A DNA stretch of 64,000 nt from Paramoeba atlantica (lineage: Eukaryota > Protista > Discosea). The number at the start of each line of letters is the position of its first letter. The first letter of the stretch is position 1. Below, piece by piece: positions 50,528-60,826 of this stretch. The notes beneath the pieces are model-generated. The model made no database searches and had not been told where the DNA came from. It saw nothing but the letters and a program-made list of their open reading frames with translations. The stretch covers positions 62,001 to 126,000 of the forward strand of contig CDRNVI010000090.1 of assembly GCA_977017575.1 (NCBI GenBank). The letters are read 5' to 3'. The translations under genes and the position numbers were made by a program.

Positions 50528-52282
50528 ATGCTGTCGTGCTTTCGAAAAAATTTCGAAAGTTACTTGCAGGAGCTTGAGGGTGAATGGATTGTTATGGTTC
50601 TTGACGAAAAAAGCAGCCGGTTGTTAGGAAATATGTTTACTATGTCGGCACTTTTATCGTATCGAATTGTGTTAGTTGAAAATTTACAAAAGGTGCGACA
50701 ACCATTAACTGAATACCCGGTGGTCTATTTTATCGAGCCTGTAATGGAAAATGTCACCCGATGTCTTGCTGATTGGTCTGCTGGTAAGAAAATGTATGCG
50801 AAGGCACATTTTATATTTCTCGGGCGCCCTAGCGCTGAGGTTCATACTGCGCTTAAGTCGACGCCGCTTGATGAACACATTGCATCAAAGAGAGAGTTTG
50901 GGTGCTACCTTCGTTTTCGGGATCCATGTGTTTTTGATCTTGACATTCAAAGTGACATTGAAAAATGTTTCCTAACAGACAACTGGAAAACAGCACGATG
51001 CGTAGCAGAGAGACTTTTATCTATTTTGGAGTTGATGAAAAGTCGACCCCAAATTCGCCACCAGAAATCGTCGAATGCTGAGCTTTTTGCGAGTTGTCTC
51101 CATCAGATACTTCCGGCTTCCACATCTATAAGTTCGGGTTCCGCTTCTGACATTTTTTTGGTATTAGACCGCACGCATGATATTTGTACTCCATTAATGC
51201 ACGATATGTCATATGCCTCTCTGCTTTACGATCTTATGCCTCGTTCTGATCTTATGTACACAACCAATTTGGAAGGAAGAGATGGTACCTTCAAACAAAA
51301 ATCTATGATACTGGATGAGAATGATGCTATATGGACAAAAGTTCGATATATGCACATTGCGCAAGCAATTCAATACGTTCACCGAGAATTTATCGCACTG
51401 CGAGAACAAGCAGATGCGCTGGATAAGATTGAAACAAGTCCGCATGAAGGCAGAGTACACAATAATGCCATATATACTCTGCCAGAACTAAGACAAAGGA
51501 GCGATCAGATATCTTTGCATATTGATTTGCTTCAAAAATTGAGCTCTATTCTTAAAGAAGGTCCATTAGAAGACGTCATTGCTTTGCAGCAGATGTTGGG
51601 GACAGGGATTGATGAGTCGGGAAACAAAGTGGCCCTCGGCAGGCAGGAAGAACAAATGAAAAAAATTCTTCGTCTCGAGAATGTTTCTTCAGAATTAAAG
51701 TTGCGACTTATCCTATTATATACAACTGTTCATGGCATCGAACATTCCAAGCTTGTGAAATTTGTCAAAATTGGCCATCTGGGATCTTCTGCATTACATT
51801 TGATTAAAAATATGGGACATGTATTTCCTCTGGAGAAACGTAAATCAGTTTTGTACAGTAAGAAGCAGGATTCTATTCAGGAACTTTTTATACAACGAAA
51901 ATCTATCTCAAGAGCCCAGCCTGCCATAAACGACATTGTTGAGAAATTAGCGAGCAATACTTTGTCACAATCTGAGTATCCGAGTGTATCTATTCTAGAA
52001 AATGATATCCTTTCGAGAACCACATGTCAAGGTTTAGAAGATGTGCACAACGTTCGTAGAGGTGATGCAGGATTCATACAAGAACGGGACAACTTCACAC
52101 ACAAAGAAGCTAAATCGTTGCAACGGTTGTACATATTTGTGGTTGGCGGCATTACTGTTTCAGAAATGAAATGCTTAAATGAACTTAGAAATAAGCTTGA
52201 TCACGAAATTTATCTTGGTGGTACGCAACTTCACACTTCTCGGACGTTTCTTCACCAATTGGATAATTTAGCAATTTCATAA
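50528..52282 (+). CDS. Sec1/Munc18-family vesicle fusion protein
   Basis: WIVMVLDEKSSRLL, LVENLQKVRQPL..YPVVYFIEP, LVLDRTHDICTPLMHDMSY and IFVVGGITVSE. The ORF-track extension from 50021 looks non-coding. Confidence 0.9.
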   Translation: MLSCFRKNFESYLQELEGEWIVMVLDEKSSRLLGNMFTMSALLSYRIVLVENLQKVRQPLTEYPVVYFIEPVMENVTRCLADWSAGKKMYAKAHFIFLGRPSAEVHTALKSTPLDEHIASKREFGCYLRFRDPCVFDLDIQSDIEKCFLTDNWKTARCVAERLLSILELMKSRPQIRHQKSSNAELFASCLHQILPASTSISSGSASDIFLVLDRTHDICTPLMHDMSYASLLYDLMPRSDLMYTTNLEGRDGTFKQKSMILDENDAIWTKVRYMHIAQAIQYVHREFIALREQADALDKIETSPHEGRVHNNAIYTLPELRQRSDQISLHIDLLQKLSSILKEGPLEDVIALQQMLGTGIDESGNKVALGRQEEQMKKILRLENVSSELKLRLILLYTTVHGIEHSKLVKFVKIGHLGSSALHLIKNMGHVFPLEKRKSVLYSKKQDSIQELFIQRKSISRAQPAINDIVEKLASNTLSQSEYPSVSILENDILSRTTCQGLEDVHNVRRGDAGFIQERDNFTHKEAKSLQRLYIFVVGGITVSEMKCLNELRNKLDHEIYLGGTQLHTSRTFLHQLDNLAIS

Positions 52283-52627
52283 AATTCTGAGCACATGACT
52301 GACTTTTCCTAATTGTATGCCCCCTTCGGCGAAGCAATGACTATTCGGGTGAAATAGTTTTTCTCTTCATGCTACCCTTCGAATTCTGTATTCGAATAAA
52401 TTCATCTTCAACCGGTCGAATAAACCGGGTAAAACTTTTAAAGTAGGCGGCCACACAAGATGCATACCTGTAATAACAAGCTAAGTGTAACATATCTGTA
52501 AGTAGCATATGCGGTCCTGCAACCCCGCTTAATTATATTTTAGTTGAACGATACTCTTGTATCAAAAGTTTTATAACGATATGCGTGAGCACGTGTAGTG
52601 AAAAATTCAATCGGAAAAGTAAAAACA

Positions 52628-52677
52628 AATCTGCAAAAAGAAACAATCTGCAAAAAGAAACAATCTGCAAAAAGAAA
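52628..52677 (+). repeat. 17-bp tandem repeat x3 (AATCTGCAAAAAGAAAC) just upstream of the likely GUF1 start
   Basis: Directly visible. Confidence 0.9.
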
Positions 52678-52687
52678 GAGTTCCTTA

Positions 52688-54685
52688 ATGTGGACAGCTT
52701 CGCTTCAGGGAGCATCTTTTCGGCAATCATCATGGAAGCTCCTTCGACAAAACTACCGGTGTTGCTGTAGTTCGATCATACCATCCTTAGATTATATGGG
52801 CATTGCTTCTCCGATGATTCCGGAGCGAAACACAGATGGTGTACCACGCCAAACGATAGCAATATCGACATTTCCGCCACCCCGCATCCGCAATTTTTGT
52901 ATTCTTGCGCATGTTGATCATGGAAAAACAACACTTTCGGATGCCATTTTGCGAAGAACCGGTGTTTTACAACGAACTGGCGATGTGGGGTGTTATTTAG
53001 ATAAACTGGAAGTTGAAAAGGCGCGCGGCATCACAATAAAAGCACAAACGTGTACGTTTTTTGTACAAGACGGTGATGCTAGTTTTATGCTCAACCTTAT
53101 CGACACTCCCGGGCATGCGGATTTTAGTTATGAAGTCACACGCTCACTAGCGGTATGCGAAGGAGCAGTTTTATTGATTGATGCGAATCAAGGCATTCAG
53201 GCGCAAACCATGGCGAATTATCACGCTGCGTTAGATAGAGGGGTAGAAATTATACCAACACTTTCCAAATTAGATTCTGTATTACTGTGCGAAGATGTAG
53301 GAAAGGCGCAAGACGAAATCGAGAACGCCATGGGGGTATTTCGATCTGAAATTTTGCTAACTTCGGCTAGAAAGGAGAAGGGGGTTGAACACTTACTAAA
53401 AGAAATAATTAGAAGGTTTCCTGCTCCCTCTGGAGATCTTACTTCCCCATTTCGAGCTGTTATTTTTGATGTATGGCCAGATCCGAGCTCTTCAACCGTA
53501 CGTTGCCTTATCCGCGTAGCGGACGGTACAGTCGAACCGAAAAAAAGAATAAAGTGTTTAACGAGTGAAGTCGCTCTTGACGTCATTGAGGTAGGTATCA
53601 TGTACCCCGAGCCAGTACGCACTACACAATTAAGGTGTGGCCAGGTTGGTTACTTACTCTTTGTGATAAACAATTTGGGACACAAGGGACCTCGTATCGG
53701 AGAAACTCTAACTGCTCTAAATCACCACGCAACACCTGTTGTGCAATTTAAATCTGCTTGTCCGGTTGTATTTTCTGGACTTTTTCCTGATCAGAGTACC
53801 GAACGAGTTCGTTTACAGCATGCACTTTATAAACTTACCAGCAATGATCCCAGTGTCACTTTGACACCAGTTCAATGTAATGCCTTGGGTCAGGGATGGC
53901 AATTAGGTTTTCTTGGACTGCTTCATATGAAAATTTTTAAAGAACGTCTGGAGCAGGAGTATGATGAAACTGTGCTCATTACTCCCGCTGTCATACAATA
54001 TTTGTGCCGTATGCGTGATGGAACAAATCAGAAAGTGACAGCACATAACTTTCATTCTTTGTCCAATCAGGCAGAATGTTTTCTACAACCTCTCGTACAC
54101 GCAGTCGTGGTGCTTGAAAGACGGCACGTCTCTGATGTGATTACTCTATTGAAAGCGTTTCGTGGTGAACAGGTAAATTCACAAAATTTTAGCGGTAATC
54201 GACTTTCGCTTACGTTTCGCTTACCGCTTGCGGCGTTTTGCCGCGGTGTGCATGACCGCTTGAAGAAATTAACGAGTGGGTATGGGAGTGTTGAATATGA
54301 TGAACCCTTTTACGAGGAATGCAATCTCGTAAAAGTTGATATTTGCGTAAACAAGGTTGTCGTAGACGCTTTATCACTATTATGCGAAAAAGTAGACGCC
54401 TTGACAATGAGTCGACGTATTTGTTGTGCTTTAAAAAACTATCTTCCGCGTAGTACTCTTGATATTCCAATCGTAGCGAAAATGGGGGAGAAAATAGTGG
54501 CGAGAGAAACAATTTCGGGCATAAAAAAAGATGCTGCTCGCAAATGCCACGCTGGCGATCCAACTAGAAAAATGAAGATAATAGAAAATCAAAAAAAGGC
54601 ACGAAAGCGAAACGCTTCTCGCTTCGTTGGAGGCATAGAAATTGATCAAAATGCCATTATGGAAGTGATGAGATCCCTCATGTAA
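52688..54685 (+). CDS. GUF1: Mitochondrial translation factor GUF1/LepA (EF-4)
   Basis: IRNFCILAHVDHGKTTLSD, RGITIKAQT, LIDTPGHADF, GWQLGFLGLLHM and the LepA C-terminus KCHAGDPTRKMK. ORF track starts at 52598. Confidence 0.93.
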   Translation: MWTASLQGASFRQSSWKLLRQNYRCCCSSIIPSLDYMGIASPMIPERNTDGVPRQTIAISTFPPPRIRNFCILAHVDHGKTTLSDAILRRTGVLQRTGDVGCYLDKLEVEKARGITIKAQTCTFFVQDGDASFMLNLIDTPGHADFSYEVTRSLAVCEGAVLLIDANQGIQAQTMANYHAALDRGVEIIPTLSKLDSVLLCEDVGKAQDEIENAMGVFRSEILLTSARKEKGVEHLLKEIIRRFPAPSGDLTSPFRAVIFDVWPDPSSSTVRCLIRVADGTVEPKKRIKCLTSEVALDVIEVGIMYPEPVRTTQLRCGQVGYLLFVINNLGHKGPRIGETLTALNHHATPVVQFKSACPVVFSGLFPDQSTERVRLQHALYKLTSNDPSVTLTPVQCNALGQGWQLGFLGLLHMKIFKERLEQEYDETVLITPAVIQYLCRMRDGTNQKVTAHNFHSLSNQAECFLQPLVHAVVVLERRHVSDVITLLKAFRGEQVNSQNFSGNRLSLTFRLPLAAFCRGVHDRLKKLTSGYGSVEYDEPFYEECNLVKVDICVNKVVVDALSLLCEKVDALTMSRRICCALKNYLPRSTLDIPIVAKMGEKIVARETISGIKKDAARKCHAGDPTRKMKIIENQKKARKRNASRFVGGIEIDQNAIMEVMRSLM

Positions 54686-54899
54686 ATCCACGTCTGTGTC
54701 TTTCTTCCTCCTTCCCCACGGGGAGGCGGAGAGACAGAAAGAAGGCGAAGCGGGGAGAAGGATATACGCGGAGAGTATAAGCTAAGCGGAGAGTAAGGGA
54801 TAAGCGAAGACGGTAAGGAAGAGAGAAAAACTTGTTTTTCAAAGTTTTTCACAGGATGATTCCATGGTCTATCCATAATTCTAATTGAAGAGAGGCCTG

Positions 54900-55055
54900 A
54901 TTTTTTTTTGAAAAGATCCGAATTTGGCGGAGTCATCCTGCAGATACTACCAGGGGGGTAAGGTAAGCCGGGCGCCAAGACCCCGGCTACCCCTTCTGCG
55001 GGTTCATTTCGAAAAGAAAAAAGATTACTCACGTGTGCCCCCATGGACCCCCGTA
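54900..55055. repeat. Diverged third copy of the dispersed repeat (3' part)
   Basis: TCCTGC..TACCAGGGGGGT, CTAC..CTT..CTGCG..ATTT.GAAAAG.AAAAA.ATT and ATGGACCCCC occur in the same order as in 56583-56951. Confidence 0.55.
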
Positions 55056-55433
55056 GACTCCCAATTTATCTGATTTTTTCAAAAAAAATTCATTCTATTT
55101 TAAACCTCCGAAGCCCCTTTTGGGTAATATGCAGTATAAATATAGGTTGAAAGTGAAATTTTTCAATATTTTTCGAATTGATTTTTTTGAAGGAAATATG
55201 CAGGAGAAATAATTTCAATGGGAATTCGAACTTCCTTGGAAATGTACTCTCCATATTTCGAACCTTTTTCACTTCCCAAATGTTCTCTGCAACGTGTACT
55301 ACTTTGGCTTATTTGCTGCCATTCCTCAATTTCGCCGTTAAAGGCAGAAAAAACAGTGTGTTGGCTGCGAAACTGCTTCGGGTTAAACGCCCTTGGTCAA
55401 TGTTGTGTCCATCCTGATAGAAGATCTTCACGT

Positions 55434-55638
55434 GAGGGGCTGTGGGTAAAACCTCGAGAAACCTCTCCCAAACTTTGGTGAATCCCAGATGCAGCCTCAA
55501 GAAACCTCGATGACACCTTTCGGAACGTCGATGAAACTTCGCGAAACCTCGGTGAAACCTCGCGAAACGTTGAGAACATGATAAATCCCTTATCAAGCTT
55601 CGCGAAGCCTCGTGAAACATCGCCACCCGCAGCCCCTC
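55434..55638. mobile_element. 205-bp element with 14-bp TIRs enclosing a degenerate GAAACCTCG array
   Basis: GAGGGGCTGTGGGT (55434-55447) and ACCCGCAGCCCCTC (55625-55638), 13/14 match. A second left terminus lies at 55812-55826. Confidence 0.65.
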
Positions 55639-56380
55639 AAGTAAGTGATGACATCTAGAGAGCAAAGTTTTCTCGAGGGAATCTAGAAGGAATCTAAATA
55701 AGAATCTAAACACTAAATAGGGGGGATAGTAAGTGTAAAGTTGAGTGTAAAAGAGTTGAAATACCACTTTGAACGCCGCTAAAGCCGTTTACCATACGTA
55801 TAAATACATTAGAGGGGCTGTGGGTATGATCTCGCGTGATCTCGTTTCGAGGTCGTCCAACCACCCTCCCGAGCCAAATCAGCTCTAGAGAGATCTCGCG
55901 TGATCTCGCATGATTAAAAGCTTTTTTACGCACTTAATTGGAGAAGTAGTACAAAACGGATTCATTTCATCAATACAATTAAGGTCCTCCTCAATACAAC
56001 CTCCTCAAATCTACAACCTCAATGGAATTAAGGTCAGGAGAATTTGCCGGCCATTTTGTTATGTATTTTACTTTTGAAGTAAAGAAATAGGTTTTCGTAC
56101 TTTTCGTCGTGTGTGCCCCGCCCTATCTTGCTGAAAGATAAATTTTCGGGGAAAGGGAACATTACTTTCTACACAGGGAACGTTTCTACACAAGTTTCAC
56201 TTGTGACTGAACTGTTGGATAGTAGTACTTCAAAATAACGCCATTCAACTCCAATGGCTCCCCACACGTGAAATTTGGTCGCCCAACGCATTTTCTGCGT
56301 GGGGACGGCCTTTTCTCCTGGGGCAACCCACATCTTTTGACGTCTATCATTTGCATCAAATATCTTTACACTTGATTTTC

Positions 56381-56489
56381 TTTTTTAGTCGCTTCGTTAA
56401 ACGCAGTGGTTGTTTTCAACTTAGAAGTCACTCATGCTGCGCGCTTCGCGTTGAAAACTACCTCCGCGTTTAACGAAGCGACTAAAAAA
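56381..56489. repeat. Fold-back element: 40-bp inverted arms (37/40 identical) with a 29-nt spacer
   Basis: TTTTTTAGTCGCTTCGTTAAACGCAGTGGTTGTTTTCAAC / GTTGAAAACTACCTCCGCGTTTAACGAAGCGACTAAAAAA. Confidence 0.9.
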
Positions 56490-56582
56490 AATCACCAAAA
56501 CATCATGCAAAAGCAATTTTTTTTTTGGGTGTAATAGCCCGATTTGTATGCGCAAATTGCGAAATTTTAACCCAAATTTGGG

Positions 56583-56951
56583 CCGTTTTTGATGCATTAC
56601 CAATACGGTTAGGAGGCGAATCTGACGAAAAAAATGTCGTAGAATGGTAGCTGAGGTCCAAAACTCTTAAAATACGTTTTAGGAGTCGATTTTGGAAAAA
56701 TAATATTTTTACTTTTTTCTGGGTCAAAAAAAGATTTTTTTTGGTCAGCCCAAAAATTTCGGAAATTTTGACCGTGTCGGACCCCTCCTGCGCGTACCAG
56801 GGGGGGTCACCCCAGGTGGGGGGCTGGAAAAATATCGCCGCGGCATACTCTACGACTTCCCTGCGCTCGATTTTGAAAAGCAAAAAATTCGACAAAAAAT
56901 TCGCGACGTCTGTCCCACCCCTGGACCCCCACACCTGGACCCCCGCCATGG
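56583..56951. repeat. Dispersed repeat, copy 2
   Basis: Colinear with 27530-27998. Confidence 0.9.
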
Positions 56952-57096
56952 ACCCCCCATGTTTTGAATTTTTTTCAGTTTTGGACCACCGGAGCCCCCT
57001 TCTATATATTTTCTTCTATTATATTACTGTGTTCCACTTTATATTTTCACTGTTTTTGTTGATTTTTTTCTCTAATCGAGGGTAGAGCGTTAGTTA

Positions 57097-57192
57097 CTGT
57101 CCCCCCCCCTACTTAAGAGTCCGCCGATTTTGGACATTTGGACTCTTAAGTGGGGGGGTCACAATTTTCCGGACTCTTAAGTGGGGGGGTCA
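57097..57192. mobile_element. pogo-type terminus with subterminal repeats
   Basis: TA|CTGTCCCCCCCCCTACTTAAGAGTCC followed by two inverted copies GGACTCTTAAGTGGGGGGGTCA (57140-57161, 57171-57192); same architecture as the left end at 49610. Confidence 0.75.
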
Positions 57193-57438
57193 GCATTTTT
57201 TCATGAAATTTCAATATGGCCTGTTCTTTTTTGTCTATATTTTTGTTCTCTATTTTTGTCTAATGAAGGTCGGCGTCTGTATGATCGATAAGATAGCAGT
57301 GCTAGGGAAGACCACGAGGGGGTCCCGACCATATTTCCCCATTACGCACTCACATCAGGAGTGGTAGATTTTATGAATTTGATAAAAATTATTGTCTAGT
57401 CAAGGTGTGGAGACCAATTTTTGCATAGTGTTGATCTG

Positions 57439-58458
57439 CTAATATACTCTTTTTCGACACCAAATAGAGAACAACGTAAGTTATTTATTACATTATATTA
57501 TATTTTTCGCCAGGCATTTGCTGAAGGCATTTGGCGAAATACATCAAGTAAGGGTCCTTTGTGCTTATTTCTAAGTGAGAAATAAGTCTGTCTCGGAAAA
57601 TTGTGACATTAGCCCGACGTGCTATTGAGGCATGTTCAAAAAAACTGTCATAAATATTCAAAATATGACCCTTGATATGAAGGAGAATATAATGATATTC
57701 GTAATGCAGTACCGCGTACACTTGGGTGGCATGCGATACTTTTGGGGATATTTCTTGTACGCACAGATATTTTATGTGTGATGTATACCCCAGCGTACAA
57801 CATCTTCGGCCGGATGTGCTTCTTTGAATTTCCGGTAGGCCGCCAAACATAGGTCGTCTACAACGCTACCAGGGAGAAAAGAACCTCTCCGTTGGTAGGA
57901 TTTCCATTTGTGCTGTGATCGCAGCAGCTCCTTCTCCTGAGTTGCGTCATCCGAAAGAATTATCGGAGAGGACTCCCGCTGCGATGAGCCCTCATCGGAA
58001 TCTGCACTTAGTAACGTACACACAACTGGTGATGAAGTAATACCATCAGAGTTGTGTACGTGTTGTTTTGGCATAGTCTCGACACTTTCCATCGGGCTCG
58101 ATTGGGCCACAGATTCATGGAGCTTATCAGCTCTTGCTATTTTGTTTGCTTCCCTTTTTCTCTTTCTATAGTTTTGTTTCGAAGGCCCGTTCTCACCTGA
58201 TTGTTTCCATTCCCAGGGGTACGTGATCATGGGTTCCATTATATACCGATTGGCCACATCTAATATGGTTTTATCGTATTTTTTCCAAAAGGGGTCGTGT
58301 GACTTCTTCACAAGCTCCATAGTAACCTCTCTGGTTATCTTCTCCCGTGACCTTGTCTTTGCCCGGAAATCCTTCAGTACCCCTTTGTAAGATCTTTTGA
58401 ACTGACGAATTATAAAAACATCATGCACTTGAATAGTGTAAGTGCACCCATCAGGAAT
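57439..58458 (-). pseudogene. C-terminal part of a pogo-like DDE transposase continuing into a decayed Ulp1/SENP (C48)-like protease
   Basis: IPDGCTYTIQVHDVFIIRQFKRSY (DDE_1 third-Asp motif) in frame with FLPGSVVDDL; after a frameshift, YAVLHYEYHYILL..ILNIYDSF ... KCLQQMPGE ... YVVLYL. The catalytic Cys region is replaced by AT-rich sequence with stops. Confidence 0.65.
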
Positions 58459-58463
58459 GCGGT

Positions 58464-58990
58464 GGGTTAGTGTGGTGTGGGGAGTGAGACGCAGGGGGTT
58501 GTGGGGGAGGGTTATGATTCTCAGGTGGGGGGTGAGACGCAGGGTGTTGGGGGGGGAGGGTTAGTGTGGTGTGGGGAGTGAGACGCAAGGGGTTCGGAGG
58601 GAAGGTTAGTGTGATATGGGGAGTGAGACGCAGGGGGTTGGGAGGGAAGGTTAGTGTGATATGGGGAGTGAGACGCAGGGGGTTGGGAGGGAAGGTTAGT
58701 GTGATATGGGGAGTGAGACGCAGGGGGTTGGGAGGGAAGGTTAGTGTGATATGGGGAGTGAGACGCAAGGGGTTGTGGGGGAGGGTTAGTGTGGTGTGGG
58801 GAGTGAGACGCAAGGGGTTGTGGGGGAGGATTATGATTCTCAGGTGGGGAGTGAGACGCAGGGGGTTGGGAGGGAAGGTTAGTGTGATATGGGGAGTGAG
58901 ACGCAGGGGGTTGTGGGGGAGGGTTAGTGTGGTGTGGGGAGTGAGACGCAGGGGGTTGTGGGGGAGGGTTAGCATTCTCAGGTGGGGAGT
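58464..58990. repeat. G-rich 45/48-bp minisatellite, 11 full units plus 1 partial
   Basis: Unit GGTTAGTGTG(G/A)T(G/A)TGGGGAGTGAGACGCAGGGGGTTG(T/G)G..., with GTGAGACGCA occurring 11 times; three unit variants. Confidence 0.95.
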
Positions 58991-59740
58991 TAATGGAAGG
59001 GTAGTGGTTGGGAGGGTTGGGAAGTCGGGGGTGGGAGGGGGGGTGGCCGCGAGGCTTTGGAAGTCGGGGGTGGTTAGAGGGGTGATTGGAAGGGTTGGAA
59101 ACACGGGGGTGGGAAGGGGAGGGGTTGGGAGGGTTTCGAAGACGGGGATGGGAAGAGGGGTGATCGGGAGGGTTGGGAAGTCGGGAGTGAGAAAAGGGTT
59201 GATCATGAAGTTTACCATACTCACGTGGGGAGTGAGGCGTCGAGTTGGGGCCGTGGTGTGAAAGGCCGCAAAGAAGGGGGTTGGGAAGTCTGGGGTACGA
59301 AGAAGGTCGGAACGGGCGGTTGGGAAGTCGGGGGTGTGAAGGGGGCTGAAGGTTGGGGTTTCCTTGATGCGATGGGAAGAGAGGAGTACGGGGTTGGTCG
59401 GGTGGGTTGGGAAGTTGGGCACGTGAAGAGGGTTGAACACTACCGTTTACCTTGATGAGATGGGGACAGAGGAGAAAGGGGTTGGTCGGGCGGGTTGGGA
59501 AGGTGGGGGTGCGAGGAGGGTTGAAGACGATGGTTATCTTGATGACGAAATGGGGATAGAAGAGAACGGGGTTGGCTACCGGAATGGGGTAACGGAAGGC
59601 TACCGTGGTTGGGTGGGGTGATAGATGAAAGGGGTTGGTCGGCAGATTTGCCTTTCTCGTGTGAGGAAGGTGATCGGAGGGGAGAAGAACTTCGATCAGT
59701 TCGCGAGAGGGTTGAAGGGGGTTGAGGAGGATGGTTGTGT
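58991..59740. repeat. G-rich degenerate repeats (short GGGTTGGGAAGTCGGGG units, then ~90-bp units)
   Basis: Repeated GGGAAGTCGGGG (TPDFPT on the minus strand) and GGGGTTGGTCGG motifs. Confidence 0.8.
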
Positions 59741-59886
59741 ACCATGCCTGCCCGTAGTCAGCTACTTCCTCGGAGTACCATCAAGGAAAATAGCTTGGAA
59801 ATATTGAAAAAGCGACTAAACGCCAACAGAAATACTTTCTACTTTTATACTATTATACTTTCGACTTACCTACATAACGTCACTCT

Positions 59887-60826
59887 TCAAACCTTGAAAA
59901 AGAGTTTTTCGAATTTCTTCGGACATTCCCACCGTAAAACCTTTCTCGGCCACTTGTTCAACTTTCTTGCTGTCTTGGTGACCTCCGTAAGGCTGAGTGA
60001 ATCAAAAGATCGGTCGCCTTGTGGTATTGGCGAATTAGGCCATTCATGTTTTCCACCGCCCCCTTTTCCCATGAGTGGTACGGAGCGCAGAAATATGAAT
60101 TGCAACGAAGCTTTTCATTCACCCGTTCATGTTTCGAAGATTCTGTACCGTTGTCGTACGTAATGGTACAAACTTTATACTTCTTTAAGCACTTTATAAT
60201 TTGATTTGCAACTTCTTCCGCATGCACACGTTGCACAACGAACCGACTCTTTCTCTCACACAAGGTCAGAATGTACCCTGAGTGGTTTTTCCTTCCCTAG
60301 GTCCGCTTCCCAATCCCCATACCGACGCCTCTTGTTAAATATCTGAGGGCGAAGACGGATGGGGACTCTGTTTGGGATCGTTGGGCGACCTCGGTTGAAG
60401 CGACGCCTATAAGGACGCTTGCCACGAATCCGAAGGGATTTGTAGAGCTTCCCGCCGTCGTCTTTGTCGCGTGCCACATGGCGATAAATAATGGTCACGG
60501 ACGGTGAAGCCTGTGAGCCAACAACTAAGGTGTTGGCTACCTGTTCGGGGCTGTGAAGTTGTCCTAAGCGCTTCTTAATGTGGCGCTCCACAGGCCCACA
60601 GATAAGCCGGGGACGCACAGCCTTACCACAAGCGGCGCTTTGACACTCTGTATGCGCGGCTGGCTTTGTAACGCCGACCCCGTTTCTTGTGACGGGCCAG
60701 CTCACGGCTAACGGGGCTATGAGATTTACCGATAGACCTGCCGATCTCACACCGTGTCGCGCCTGCCTCGAACATCTCTTGAATGGTGACTCTGTCCCTT
60801 TGCCCGAGCCTCTGATATTTTGACAC
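59887..60826 (-). mobile_element. IS30-family transposase, full length, with three frameshifts
   Basis: N-terminal HTH (YQRLGQRDRVTIQEM...EIGRSIGKSHSPVSREL), HSPEQVA, TIIYRHV, GDWEADL, GRKNHSGYILTLCERKSRF, TITYDNGTE, FCAPYHSWEKGAVENMNGLIRQY and LNKWPRKVLRW. D-to-E spacing is 33 residues. Confidence 0.9.

Noticed and set aside
55150-55440. Minus-strand IFYQDGH...LFFLP...AENIW resembling an IS630/Tc1 catalytic region
   Set aside because: D-to-E spacing is 41 with a stop, the SPDLNP motif is absent, and the resemblance could be chance.
58464-58990. CRISPR-like or telomeric array
   Set aside because: Units are contiguous with no unique spacers and no cas genes, and there is at most one GGGTTAG per unit rather than tandem TTAGGG.
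59861-59884. Right inverted repeat of the IS30-like element
   Set aside because: It is in the expected position but matches the candidate left end too poorly to call; no TSD identified.
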